Assembly: GCA_965250285.1 (NCBI GenBank) | Contig: OZ252299.1 | Location: forward strand, 128,001 to 192,000 | Length of the DNA stretch: 64,000 bases | Direction: 5' to 3' | Source: Myxococcota bacterium | GTDB taxonomy: Bacteria > Myxococcota_A > UBA9160 > UBA4427 | Shown here: positions 1 through 11,527 of the stretch, piece by piece | How the letters are laid out: each line of letters opens with the position of its first letter | How positions within the stretch are numbered: position 1 is the stretch's first letter | Notes under the pieces: model-generated | The model's database searches: none | Seen by the model: the letters and a program-made list of their open reading frames with translations, nothing else | Told to the model about the DNA's origin: nothing | Program-made: the position numbers and the translations under genes

Positions 1-311
1 TCGAGGCCGACGGGCAGCGCCGAGCTCGGCAGCGTGGCGTAGTACACGGTGACGTCGAAGCTCGTGTACGCGTTGATGCGTCCGCCCGCGCCCTCGACTT
101 CACCCGCGACCGCGCCGACGCCCCGCGTCGGTGTGCCCTTGAAGAGCATGTGCTCGTGAAAGTGGGCGAGGCCGCCCTCGCCGGCGCGCTCGTCCGCCGA
201 GCCCACGCGGGCCCAGATCTGGAGGTTGGCGACCGGCGCGCGGTGCGTCTCGCGCAGCAGAATCGTGAGCCCGTTGTCGAGCGTCTCGTGAAGGATTTCG
301 CTGTGATCCAA
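1..311 (-). CDS. M16 (pitrilysin/insulinase) family zinc peptidase, N-terminal part; runs off the window edge
   Basis: Manual minus-strand translation from TTG at 311: DHSEILHETLDNGLTILL...VGSADE...GLAHFHEHMLFKGT...INAYTSFDVTVYY; inverted zincin HxxEH motif. Confidence 0.9.
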   Translation of the reverse strand, partial: MDHSEILHETLDNGLTILLRETHRAPVANLQIWARVGSADERAGEGGLAHFHEHMLFKGTPTRGVGAVAGEVEGAGGRINAYTSFDVTVYYATLPSSALPVGL

Positions 312-382
312 GGCCGCGGCAGGGTACCCGAGGGCCGCGGGGGCTGCCCCTCGGTTGCGGCTTCGTTCGGGCGGGCCGCACG

Positions 383-1615
383 GTGAGACAGCGCCCTCGG
401 CGCGGCTACGCTCGCCTCGTCATGACGCTTGGACGAGACGACGGGCGAGTCGGCGTGTACCTCCATGTGCCCTTCTGCGACCGGGTCTGCCCCTACTGCG
501 ACTTCGCGGTCGTGGCCGCGCGCGGCGGCCCCGAGGCCGACGTCGAAGATCGATACGTGAAAGCCCTCGAGGCCGAACTCGCCGCGCGCGCCGACGCGTT
601 CGCCGGCCGCGGCCTCGCGAGCCTCTATCTGGGGGGCGGGACGCCTGCGCTGCTTCGCCCCGATTCGATCGCGCGCCTGGTCGAGCGGGTGCGACAGACC
701 TTTCACCGCGCCGGCGAAGGCCCCGGCGAGATCACCCTCGAGGTGAACCCGAGCACCGTCGAGCGTGAGCGTTTGTCCGGATTTCGAGCGGCGGGCGTCA
801 CGCGGCTCTCGGTGGGCGTGCAGAGCTTCGACGACGAGGTGCTGAGGCGTCTGGGCCGAGCCCATCGCAGCATCGAGGCCGATCGCACACTCGACGCCGC
901 GCGGGCTGCGGGCTTCGAAGACGTCTCGGTCGATCTCATGTTCGCCGTCCCGGGCCAGACGCTCGAGACGATCGTTGCCGATCTGCAACGCCTCGCGCGG
1001 CATCGACCCGAGCACGCGTCGACCTACGAGCTGGTGGTCGAAGCGGGGACCCCCTTTGCGACCGCCGCCGAGCGCGGTCAGCTCGCGGCGTTCGACGCCG
1101 ACGTCGCGGCCGACATGCTCGACCGGCTCGAGGCGGGTCTCGCCGACCTCGGGCTGCAGCGCTACGAGCTGACGAACTACGCGCGCCCGGGCCACGCGTC
1201 GGTGCACAACCGCCGGTACTGGGCGCGGCAGCCGGTGCTCGGGCTCGGCGTCGGGGCCTGGTCGTTCGATCCGCCGGGCCCGGACGCACCGTACGGCGCG
1301 CGCCCGGCGAACCCCCGCGCCCTCGGCGCGTGGCAGTCGGCTGTGGAGGCGGGGGCGCCGGCCGCCGAGCGCGTCGACGTGCCCGACCGGCGCGAGGCGA
1401 TGGGCGAGGCAGTCTTCCTCGCGCTGCGCTGCCGCGACGGCCTCGATCCGGCGGATTTCGAGCGCGAGTTCGGGGCGACGCTCGAGCACGCCTTCGAAGC
1501 CGAGCTCGAAGAGCTGGTCCGCCTCGGCTGGCTCGAGGGCGGGGGCGGCGAGCCGTGGCGGCTCACCGCCGCAGGGCGCATGTGGGCCGACGCGGTCGGC
1601 AGTCGTTTCGTCTGA
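383..1615 (+). CDS. hemW: Radical SAM heme chaperone HemW (HemN-like); true start may be ATG 422
   Basis: YLHVPFCDRVCPYCDF (CxxxCxxC), LGGGTP, HNRRYW motif; position upstream of hrcA. Confidence 0.9.
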   Translation: MRQRPRRGYARLVMTLGRDDGRVGVYLHVPFCDRVCPYCDFAVVAARGGPEADVEDRYVKALEAELAARADAFAGRGLASLYLGGGTPALLRPDSIARLVERVRQTFHRAGEGPGEITLEVNPSTVERERLSGFRAAGVTRLSVGVQSFDDEVLRRLGRAHRSIEADRTLDAARAAGFEDVSVDLMFAVPGQTLETIVADLQRLARHRPEHASTYELVVEAGTPFATAAERGQLAAFDADVAADMLDRLEAGLADLGLQRYELTNYARPGHASVHNRRYWARQPVLGLGVGAWSFDPPGPDAPYGARPANPRALGAWQSAVEAGAPAAERVDVPDRREAMGEAVFLALRCRDGLDPADFEREFGATLEHAFEAELEELVRLGWLEGGGGEPWRLTAAGRMWADAVGSRFV

Positions 1616-1724
1616 GCCGCGGCACGGCGCCCTCGGGCCGGGGCGCGTCGACTCGGCCCACCCCCGGGTCGTGAGCCGCCGATTCACGACAACGGCGGTG
1701 GACATCCAGGGGTCGGGGACGAGA

Positions 1725-1753
1725 TTGACTCGCCTTCGGCCGGATGGTAGATA
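1725..1753 (+). promoter_or_regulatory. Putative sigma70 promoter of hrcA-grpE-dnaK
   Basis: TTGACT-N17-TAGATA, 55 nt upstream of the hrcA ATG. Confidence 0.6.
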
Positions 1754-1808
1754 AGTATCCGGAAATCATCGGACTTTTCGGAGAGAGGACGCCCGGTTCG
1801 GGCCCGAG

Positions 1809-2918
1809 ATGCGCACCGATCGCCCCGACGAGAACCGCCGATGGGCGGCCCCTGCCGCGGCCGCCGACGAATTCGAGCTCGACGACCGTCAGGCGCTCGT
1901 GTTGCGCTCGCTCGTCTCGGCCTACATCGCCGATGGCGCCCCCGTCTCGTCGGGCACGCTCTCGCATCTGCTGCCCGTCTCGCTCTCGAGCGCCTCGATT
2001 CGGTCGACCCTCGCCCAGCTCGCCGATCTCGGGCTCGTCGATCAGCCGCACACGAGTGCGGGCCGCATCCCGAGCGATGCGGGGCTGCGCGTCTTCCTCG
2101 ACCGACTGTTCGATCCCGCCGACATCAGCGACTACGAGCGTCGGGCCCTCGAAGAACGGGTCGACGCGCCGGAGGGGGAGCCGATCCTGCGCGTCGTCTC
2201 GCAGGTGCTCTCGGATCGCACGCGTCAGATCGGCTTTGCCCTCGAGCCGGTCGTCGAACGCTTGCCGCTCACCCACGTGACACTCGTGCGTGTCTCGACC
2301 GAGCGGGTGCTCGTGGTGCTCGTGGCCGCCAACGGTCAGGTTACGCAACGGACGATCGAAGAACGGGGCGACGGCGACCAGCGCGAGCTCGATCAGATGG
2401 CACGGGCGCTCAACGAGCGGCTGAGTGGTCGGACGCTCGGGCAGGTGCACGCCGTGCTCCGGGCCGAGATCGAGCGGCTGCGAGATCAAGCCGATCGCCT
2501 GCTCAAGCGCGCGCTCACGCTCGGCTTGCGCGCGCTCGACGCGGGGGCCTTCACGTCGAGCGACCTGGTGGTCGCAACGCGGCTCGCGATCCTCGATCAG
2601 CCCGAGTTCGCCGACCCGGCCCGCATCAGGGCGATGCTGTCGGCGCTCGAGACACACGAGCGACTGATCGAGGTGCTCGAGCAGATCATCGACAGCGACG
2701 GCTTCACCGTGTCGCTCGGCGACGACCTGGCCGAGTCGGGGCTGCGCGGCTGCGCAATGGTCGCCGTGCCGTACGGTCGGAGCCGCCCAGGCGGCGGCGA
2801 CGAGGGTGGGGCGCTCGGCGTCGTCGGTGTGATCGGGCCGAACCGCATGGACTACTCACGCATCGTTCCGGTCGTCAGCTACTGCTCGAGTCTTGTGACG
2901 CGCAGGCTGCAGTCATGA
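1809..2918 (+). CDS. hrcA: Heat-inducible transcription repressor HrcA
   Basis: PVSS, SSASIR, QPHTSAGRIPS, GVIGPNRMDY motifs; precedes grpE-dnaK. Confidence 0.95.
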   Translation: MRTDRPDENRRWAAPAAAADEFELDDRQALVLRSLVSAYIADGAPVSSGTLSHLLPVSLSSASIRSTLAQLADLGLVDQPHTSAGRIPSDAGLRVFLDRLFDPADISDYERRALEERVDAPEGEPILRVVSQVLSDRTRQIGFALEPVVERLPLTHVTLVRVSTERVLVVLVAANGQVTQRTIEERGDGDQRELDQMARALNERLSGRTLGQVHAVLRAEIERLRDQADRLLKRALTLGLRALDAGAFTSSDLVVATRLAILDQPEFADPARIRAMLSALETHERLIEVLEQIIDSDGFTVSLGDDLAESGLRGCAMVAVPYGRSRPGGGDEGGALGVVGVIGPNRMDYSRIVPVVSYCSSLVTRRLQS

Positions 2919-3075
2919 CCCGCTCAGGGCTGCGCAGCGCATGTGCACATCGGCCGGCGTCTCCGCGCCCGTGCACGAATTCACCACAAACCCCAACGCT
3001 CGAGCGAGCGTTTGACCGATACCCGAACCCGAGTGTGAGCAGCCTGGCTCGCCTCGCGACCGAGAGATTCGCTTC

Positions 3076-3783
3076 GTGACGAAGAATTCGAGTGAGAATG
3101 GAGCCGAGGTCGACCCGAGCGCGCCCGAAGAGGGCCCGCAGCTCACGGGCACTGAAGAGCTCGAAGCCGCTCTGCAGGCGGCGATCGATAGCAAGGACGC
3201 TCGGGACGCCGAGACCGGCACCGCGGAGGGGGGAGATGCCCCCATGTCGATGGACAAAGTGACGATCGAGGCGCTGTCGACCGAGCTCCAGGAGCTGAAG
3301 GTCGCCTACGAGGAGCGCGGCGCCGAGGTCGAAGCCGCGAAGGATCGACATCTGCGTCTTCAGGCCGAGTTCGAGAACTTCCGGCGACGTTCGCTCAAGG
3401 AAAAGCAGGAGACCGCGCTCTATGGACCCCAGAATCTCGTCAAGGATCTCCTGACGACGGTCGATAATCTGGAGCGCGCGATCGAACACTCGGAGCAGAG
3501 TGGCGACGCGGACTTGAAGAGCCTCTTGCAAGGCGTCGAGCTGGTGCAGCGCGAGCTGATCGGCAGCCTTGCCAACCACGGCGTGAATGTCGTGGAGGCC
3601 GATGGCCAGCCCTTCGATCCCGCCGTTCACGAAGCGATGGGTCAGCTCCCGACCGACGACGTTCCGCCGAATACCGTCGTCGAGGTCTTGCAGAAGGGTT
3701 ACCTGCTGCGGGACAGGCTGCTCCGCCCGGCCCGAGTGATCGTTTCGGCACCCGCTGCGGGGGGCAGCGGCGGCAACGGGTAG
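3076..3783 (+). CDS. grpE: Nucleotide exchange factor GrpE
   Basis: RLQAEFENFRRR, FDPAVHEA, QKGYLLRDRLLRPARVIV. Confidence 0.95.
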   Translation: MTKNSSENGAEVDPSAPEEGPQLTGTEELEAALQAAIDSKDARDAETGTAEGGDAPMSMDKVTIEALSTELQELKVAYEERGAEVEAAKDRHLRLQAEFENFRRRSLKEKQETALYGPQNLVKDLLTTVDNLERAIEHSEQSGDADLKSLLQGVELVQRELIGSLANHGVNVVEADGQPFDPAVHEAMGQLPTDDVPPNTVVEVLQKGYLLRDRLLRPARVIVSAPAAGGSGGNG

Positions 3784-3840
3784 CAACCCTGCCCGAGGCC
3801 GAGTCTCCCCCACGATCAGGCTGGGGGGTGGCACTGCCAC

Positions 3841-5661
<1,821 letters not shown>

Positions 5662-5781
5662 CCCCCCGATCCCTCACTTCGAAGCTTCGACTCGGCTCGC
5701 GGTGCGATCACCCCGGGCGGTCCACACGTATGCGGGGGGCACGACGCGCGCCCTCGGGCAGACGATCGGTCGGAGCGCGAG

Positions 5782-7125
5782 CTAGAGGCCGAGCGCTTCG
5801 CGCGTCGCGGCGATGCGGTGCTTGAGCCACTCGACCTCGTAGTGGTTGACGTCCCCGCTTCGTTGGAGCAGCAGCTCGAGGGCCGCCAGCCGCGCCTCGA
5901 GGGCGCGCCTCTGCCCCGGCTCGGCGGCGAGTGACATCTCGGCGAAGTGGAGCGCCCGCTCGGGCTCGCCCCGCTCGATGCTCGCGACCGCGAGGTCGGC
6001 GACCGCCTGAGGACCGCCGGCCGCCTCGGTGATCTCGGCGTAGACATCACGTGCGGGCACGTCGTAGAGCTCCGTCGTCGAGTCGAGGTGAAACCAGCCG
6101 AGATAGGCGTCGTAGATGCTGCGCACGCCCCACGAGACCTTGCCATGCACCTCGGGCACGGCGATCTCCTCGGGCAGCGTGATCTCGCGCATCATCGTCT
6201 CGACGCTCTTGCCGTCGTTGATGCCCTCGATGACGGCGTCGTGCACGTAGACCACGGCGTCGCGCATGCGGGTGATGCCCTCGCGGATGCGCTCGCGCCC
6301 CTCGATCGGTTCGAAGTGACTCGGTACGAGCATCACGGGATCGAGCTCGAGGATGCGGTTCAGGCTGTCGACGTAGGGCATCGCGAAGCGCGCCCGCTCG
6401 CCCCGAATCGTCGTGAGGTTCGGCCACATCGGGAAGATGTGGCCCCAGAGGTCGCCTGTGAAGAGGATCTTCTGGTCGGGCAGCCATACCGCGAGCCCAT
6501 CCGCGCCCTCGGCGCCCGGCATCGACAGGACCTCGAAGCGGACGCCGCCCTGCTCGAAGTCGTAGCGGTCGTAGACGAGTCGCGTCGGCTCGATGGTGGG
6601 ATACGACGCGGCGAGCGCGAAGCTCGGCAGATTCGGCACGTCGTCGGGGAAGAAGATCTTGTTGCGCTCCATCAACGTCGGCGCCAGTGCCTTGAGGTAC
6701 GTCTGGTTGTGCGGGAACTGCGCGTGGACGATCACCTCGGTGTCGTCTTCGAGGAACGTATCGGTCGCACCGTAGTGATCAGCGTGGGCGTGTGTCGCGA
6801 TCACATGAGTGAAGGGCAGGTCGTTGACCTTCTTGAGATAGTGCGGCACGCCGCCGCCGAGCTGCGGCAACCCGGTATCGATGACGACATTGCCCTCGCT
6901 CGTGACCACCATGTTTGCGTTGGCGGTCGCGCGCGCCTGGTAGACGATGTCATGGATCTGCACCGCCGCGTCGAGATCGCGCCCGAACTGCTTGAGATCC
7001 CGCGTCATCTGGCTCGCGGCACCAGCAGGCGCGTCGCTCTCTTGCGCTTGCTTCGGTTCGTCTTCGCAGCCTGCGAGGGCGATCGCCAGCACGAGAACCG
7101 ACGCGGTCGAGAGGACGCGGATCAT
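5782..7125 (-). CDS. Alkyl sulfatase-like metallo-beta-lactamase-fold hydrolase, predicted lipoprotein
   Basis: Lipobox LAGC; THAHADH motif, FTGD, PNLTTIRG, YLGWF (SdsA1/BDS1-like dimerisation region). Confidence 0.8.
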   Translation of the reverse strand: MIRVLSTASVLVLAIALAGCEDEPKQAQESDAPAGAASQMTRDLKQFGRDLDAAVQIHDIVYQARATANANMVVTSEGNVVIDTGLPQLGGGVPHYLKKVNDLPFTHVIATHAHADHYGATDTFLEDDTEVIVHAQFPHNQTYLKALAPTLMERNKIFFPDDVPNLPSFALAASYPTIEPTRLVYDRYDFEQGGVRFEVLSMPGAEGADGLAVWLPDQKILFTGDLWGHIFPMWPNLTTIRGERARFAMPYVDSLNRILELDPVMLVPSHFEPIEGRERIREGITRMRDAVVYVHDAVIEGINDGKSVETMMREITLPEEIAVPEVHGKVSWGVRSIYDAYLGWFHLDSTTELYDVPARDVYAEITEAAGGPQAVADLAVASIERGEPERALHFAEMSLAAEPGQRRALEARLAALELLLQRSGDVNHYEVEWLKHRIAATREALGL

Positions 7126-7181
7126 GGGTGGGCTCCTGGCGGTGTGTGGCTCGAAGCGGTGGCGGCGTGTCCGGCCGGTTC

Positions 7182-7883
7182 TCAGTGCGCGTCGCCGCGT
7201 GCGGCCCGTCTCGTTTCTTCAGAGGCATGGGTCGAGAGCACCGCGACGATCGAGTCGATGACGCTCTCGGCGGTGGCTTCGATGGTCGCTCCGGCGAGCA
7301 GCTGTGGGTTCTGTCGTGCGACGCGGGCATAGTCGGCGAACGTGTGAAAGAGCAGCCCCAGGACGGTGAGGGCGCGGACGAAACGCAGTTCATCGGGCAC
7401 GGGCTTCGCGGCCCAGGTGGCGTGAGACCACAGGCGGCTCGTCGACTCGTGGGCGTCGGTCGCCCGTTCGATCGTTCGGAATTCGGGATGCCCGATCAGC
7501 TGCGCCCGCACCTGCACGAACGCGAGACCGCCATCCTGATTCGACATCAGCTCGGCGATCGGGAGCACCAGCACCCGCACGATGTCGCGAAGGCCGGGCT
7601 CTTCCATCGCCTCGAGCTCGTCGAGGAGCTCGGTACGGCGCCGATGGACGAAGCGGCGGTGCTTTTGCAGGATCGCTTCGAGCAGGCCGTGCTTGTTGCC
7701 GAAGTGGTACTGCACCGCCGTCCGGTTGCGCTGGTTCGCTTCACGGTTGATCTCGCTCAGCGACACGGCGTCGATGCCGCGCTCGGCGAACAGACGCTCC
7801 GCGACGGCGACGATCCGCGCACGGGTCGCGATCGCGTCTTGTCGCTTCGGGTCGCTCGTTCTGGCCGTTGCGGTGGGACTCAC
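7182..7883 (-). CDS. TetR/AcrR family transcriptional regulator
   Basis: AERLFAERGIDAVSLSEINREANQRNRTAVQYHFGNKHGL helix-turn-helix. Confidence 0.9.
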   Translation of the reverse strand: MSPTATARTSDPKRQDAIATRARIVAVAERLFAERGIDAVSLSEINREANQRNRTAVQYHFGNKHGLLEAILQKHRRFVHRRRTELLDELEAMEEPGLRDIVRVLVLPIAELMSNQDGGLAFVQVRAQLIGHPEFRTIERATDAHESTSRLWSHATWAAKPVPDELRFVRALTVLGLLFHTFADYARVARQNPQLLAGATIEATAESVIDSIVAVLSTHASEETRRAARGDAH

Positions 7884-8015
7884 GGCAGGGTCTGACTCCT
7901 TCGCCCCGCGGAATCGGGGAGCGCTTCATTCTAATCGATACGCGGTCCGTCTCGAAGGCTGCGCGAGTCAGGCGTTCGGTGAGGCGCGTCACCGGCGCGA
8001 GGGCGGCCCGGCGCG

Positions 8016-10283
8016 TCACTGGGCCGTCGACGGTCCAGCGCCCGGCGCGGGGTCGATCCAGATGGGCGACGACCAGGCGCGCTCTTCGACGTCGGCGAGA
8101 CAGTCTTCGCCGTCCGGGGCCGACGAGCCGCAGGCTTCGACGGCGACGCATCGGCCCTCGGCGTCGCGGCGAAGACACCCCAGCCCCGCCCCGTTCACCG
8201 CGGGGCTCGGGATCTGGATCGCTCTCACGTAGTAGGCCGCCGAGCGACCGAGGCTCGGCCAGTCGGGATCCTCGAACTCGATGCGGCAGCCCGCGCCCTC
8301 GGCCGGGCACGCGTAGGTGCGCCACGGGTCGTCGATCAGCGTCTCGATCGGTTCGTCCGGCACGAGCTGAGGGCGCACACGGACGACCTCGATGCGTGTG
8401 ATCGGCTTTCGCATGTCGCCCGGGTGGTAGCACTCGCCGAGGCACAGACGTTCGAGCCGATCGGCTCCGAGGGCCGCCTTCGTGTCGGGCGGACAGCCTG
8501 GCTTCTGCTCGAAGGCGCCCATCGCGGCGACGCGGAAGCGAGGCGGGTCGACCATGGCGACCTCGCTGCCCATCGGCGCGTCGCCACTCGGCGCGTTCAG
8601 CAGGTCGAACCAGAGCAGGATTCGGTCGCCCGAGGTCGCGTAGGCCTCGCGCCGGTGCAACGAGGCAAAGATCGCGTCGCGCTGCCGGGCCGGCGCGTGC
8701 ACGGCGACGAGGCCCCCGGTCACGTACATCGACGCCTGCCGCTCGGTGTCTCGCCGCTTCTGGAGCGGCAGGGTCGCGTAGTCGAGGGCCCGTGACTCGG
8801 GCTCGGGGTCGCCTGTGCCCATCAACGAGCTCGGCGTCAACGTGGCGTCGGCGTTGCGGCGCAGGCCGAACTCCTTGAAGCCGTTGCCGGCGCGCGCGCG
8901 GTGGGTGTCGCTCGAACCGATGAAGCCCGCCCGCCGTTCGATCTTCGCATCGGGATCGTCGAACGAGACGCGGGCCAGCCCGTATTGCGCCGACATCGTT
9001 GGCACGTGGCCGTTCGCGGGCAGGAAGCAGTCGGTGCACTGGCTGCATTCGAGCCAGTCTTCGGCCCGGGCGCCGGGCACCGTTTGAAACCCGGCCGGGC
9101 CCGCGGCGACGTAGTTGCGGCGGGCCGCTTCGACGCGGGCCTCGCACACTTCGGCGTCGACGTCGGGTTCGCAGCGGTGGCGAATGATCTCACCGGCGCG
9201 CCAGCAGCACGGTACGTAGTCTGCGGTCGGAGCGGGGCAGAACAGCTCGCCCTCGGCGTCGCGCACGACGCTTCGCCACGAGCGGTACTCCTCGGCGTTG
9301 CCGTGTCCCGAGTAGATCTCGAAGAGGCGCTGCCGCTCCGGGTCGAAGTCGACCGCGTTCATGCCCAGGTCGAGTGACGCGCCGGCCGGCGACGTGAAGC
9401 CCCAGGTCGTGCCATGCGGGATCACGAGCGCGTCGAAGCCCCAGTCGTCGAGCTTCGCATTCAGGTCGCCCGGCGTCCGCGCGCCCTCCATGCAGTCGTC
9501 CGGCAGATCCCGCACGGGCACGCCCTCCGCGCAGCGCGGCGTGTCGTTGATCTCGGCGATCATCTCCTGCTGATCCCAATAGATCTGACGGTTCGGCCAA
9601 TCGGCCAGCGGCGCGAGCCGGGCCATGAATGGGAGCTCGAAACGGGTGAACTCGGGGCGGATCGCGTGGATGGGCCGCGTGGGGACGCGGCCCTCGGCGA
9701 GCTCGCGCAACACCACGTTGTGATGGCCGTAGTGCGTTTCGGGGGTGTTGCCGACCTGCGTCCATTCCCAGCCGAGATAGGCCACGACGTCGGGCGCTTC
9801 GGCGTCGCCGGCGGCCGCGTTGCACGCGCGCACTGATTCGATCGACTCCTGCCAGTGGGCCGGGGTGAGACCCTCGGCATGATCGTTCAGGCTCCAGAAG
9901 TCGAGATCGGCGCAGAAGCGCGCGAAGTCGCAGGCGTCGGCGGGCGGGTGGGCGCCTTCGCCTCCGAGCATCGGTAGGGCGATCGCGAACGCGTCGGTCG
10001 AGAAGGTGGTGTGCACGTGCAGATCACCAAAGAGGATCTGCTTGCGCGGCGCTTCGAGATCATCGAGCAGCGCGGCGGCTTGGCCTTGTCGCTGCGCGCG
10101 GGCGGCGACCCGCTCGGGCGAAGCCGGCTTCGCCGTGACCTCGCCCGGCCCCTGGTGTTCGCCGCAGGCCAAGCCGAACAACAGCGCGATCGAGGCGAGG
10201 GCGGTCGCGGCCCATCGTACCCGGGCAGCCTGCGTGATTGCGTTCGGGAGCGGATTCGTCGCTGTGCCCGGGCCGGACGCCAT
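8016..10283 (-). CDS. DUF3604-family (PHP-like) putative metallohydrolase, lipoprotein
   Basis: FGDLHVHTTFSTDA, NDHAE, GWEWT, GFIGSSDTH, YATSG, YYVRAIQ, EERAWSSPIW; lipobox LAC. Confidence 0.8.
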   Translation of the reverse strand: MASGPGTATNPLPNAITQAARVRWAATALASIALLFGLACGEHQGPGEVTAKPASPERVAARAQRQGQAAALLDDLEAPRKQILFGDLHVHTTFSTDAFAIALPMLGGEGAHPPADACDFARFCADLDFWSLNDHAEGLTPAHWQESIESVRACNAAAGDAEAPDVVAYLGWEWTQVGNTPETHYGHHNVVLRELAEGRVPTRPIHAIRPEFTRFELPFMARLAPLADWPNRQIYWDQQEMIAEINDTPRCAEGVPVRDLPDDCMEGARTPGDLNAKLDDWGFDALVIPHGTTWGFTSPAGASLDLGMNAVDFDPERQRLFEIYSGHGNAEEYRSWRSVVRDAEGELFCPAPTADYVPCCWRAGEIIRHRCEPDVDAEVCEARVEAARRNYVAAGPAGFQTVPGARAEDWLECSQCTDCFLPANGHVPTMSAQYGLARVSFDDPDAKIERRAGFIGSSDTHRARAGNGFKEFGLRRNADATLTPSSLMGTGDPEPESRALDYATLPLQKRRDTERQASMYVTGGLVAVHAPARQRDAIFASLHRREAYATSGDRILLWFDLLNAPSGDAPMGSEVAMVDPPRFRVAAMGAFEQKPGCPPDTKAALGADRLERLCLGECYHPGDMRKPITRIEVVRVRPQLVPDEPIETLIDDPWRTYACPAEGAGCRIEFEDPDWPSLGRSAAYYVRAIQIPSPAVNGAGLGCLRRDAEGRCVAVEACGSSAPDGEDCLADVEERAWSSPIWIDPAPGAGPSTAQ

Positions 10284-10310
10284 GAGTCGAGCGTAGTGCA
10301 GAATTGACGC

Positions 10311-10336
10311 AGGCGTCTCGGGCGAAGCAGACGCCT
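10311..10336. terminator. Stem-loop downstream of the four-gene operon
   Basis: AGGCGTCT-N10-AGACGCCT inverted repeat; no clear U-tract. Confidence 0.35.
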
Positions 10337-10353
10337 CGCGCGACGCATGCGGT

Positions 10354-11076
10354 TCAGGCGACGCCCGACACGCCCCTCAGCTTGTCTTCCCAGGCCGTGA
10401 CGTTGCGGCGATAGAGATTGTCATCGATGTGCACGGGGTCGGGGCGCACGAAGTCGCCACCCCAGCGCAGCGTCGGATCGCGTCGGATCTCGTTCAGAAA
10501 GAGCTGTGCCGCTTTGGGGAGCGTTCCGAATTGGGCGGGACCCAGTCGCGTCGAGTTGAGGTGTTCGCCGTCGACCTGCAGATTCACGTCGATCGCGTGT
10601 CCCACCAGATGGTTCGATCGCTTGGCCGGGGGGACGACCGTGCCGTGGGGTGCGACGTCGCGCTGCCTGAACGAGTGGGTGACGTAGACCGTGATGCCGA
10701 GATCCGAAGCCAGACGACCGAGCATGTCGAGGCTCGGGAAGAAGTCGACGTGGGCCAGGAGCGGCTGACCTCGGTGCATCGTGAATGCGGTGCCCGCGGT
10801 CGGGTACTCGTGGATCGCAACGCGCCTGGGCGTCGCCCGGGCGAGCTCGGCGACGCGCATCGGCGTCGGCGGATCGCTCGTCGTCGCCGGCGAAGAAGGC
10901 CGGTCGGGCACGCGCGCGACGGCATCCGCCGGTACGAAGCCGACGTGACCGGCTTCGGTCTCGATGCGCACCCACGCGCGCTCCTCGATCACCCGGACCG
11001 GCTCGCCCAGCGAGAGGTCGGTCACCGGTTCGCCTTTCTCGGTGACGAGCCGAACGAATTTCGAGATGCGGTTCAT
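10354..11076 (-). CDS. SH3-like domain plus M15-family peptidoglycan peptidase; no signal peptide
   Basis: N-terminal GEPVRVIEERAWVRIETEAGHVGFVP (SH3b-like); SFR...SNHLVGHAIDV...LRWGGDF...DPVHID (HxxxxxxD...H zinc motif). Confidence 0.8.
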   Translation of the reverse strand: MNRISKFVRLVTEKGEPVTDLSLGEPVRVIEERAWVRIETEAGHVGFVPADAVARVPDRPSSPATTSDPPTPMRVAELARATPRRVAIHEYPTAGTAFTMHRGQPLLAHVDFFPSLDMLGRLASDLGITVYVTHSFRQRDVAPHGTVVPPAKRSNHLVGHAIDVNLQVDGEHLNSTRLGPAQFGTLPKAAQLFLNEIRRDPTLRWGGDFVRPDPVHIDDNLYRRNVTAWEDKLRGVSGVA

Positions 11077-11092
11077 CGTGCGTCCATCCTGA

Positions 11093-11527
11093 TCAGACGG
11101 GCAGGCCCACGGCCGTCTTCGCAGCGCGGATCGCGACGGCCATGCCGGTCTCTCCGAGCTTCTTCCAGCGCCGTTCGTGCGCTTCGAGCTCGTTCTTGAC
11201 GCGCCTCACGAGCTCCTGGGTCCGACCGATCGCCTCTTCGAGAGAGGCGCCGTCCCCCTCCTCGAGGCTCGATGCGAAGCCGTCGACCTTCTGCATGATC
11301 GCGCTGATCTCGGCGTGCGTGGCGGCGAGGTCGTCGGCGACGTCCTGCACTTCGCTCTTGAGCTGCTGCTCGTAGGTCTGGAGCGAGGTGTTCATCGAGT
11401 CGCGCAGATCGTCCATCTTGTCGTCGATCCACGTGTCCATGTCGGCGCGCGCTTCGTCGAAGGCGCTGCGGAACTCGGGGCTGAGCTCGATCCCGAGGTC
11501 TGAGAAACGATCCCTGCGCGACATCAA
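11093..11527 (-). CDS. Hypothetical helical/coiled-coil protein (144 aa)
   Basis: Acidic heptad-rich ORF with amphipathic C-terminus; start overlaps the upstream stop; GAAGGGG RBS-like sequence. Confidence 0.7.
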   Translation of the reverse strand: MMSRRDRFSDLGIELSPEFRSAFDEARADMDTWIDDKMDDLRDSMNTSLQTYEQQLKSEVQDVADDLAATHAEISAIMQKVDGFASSLEEGDGASLEEAIGRTQELVRRVKNELEAHERRWKKLGETGMAVAIRAAKTAVGLPV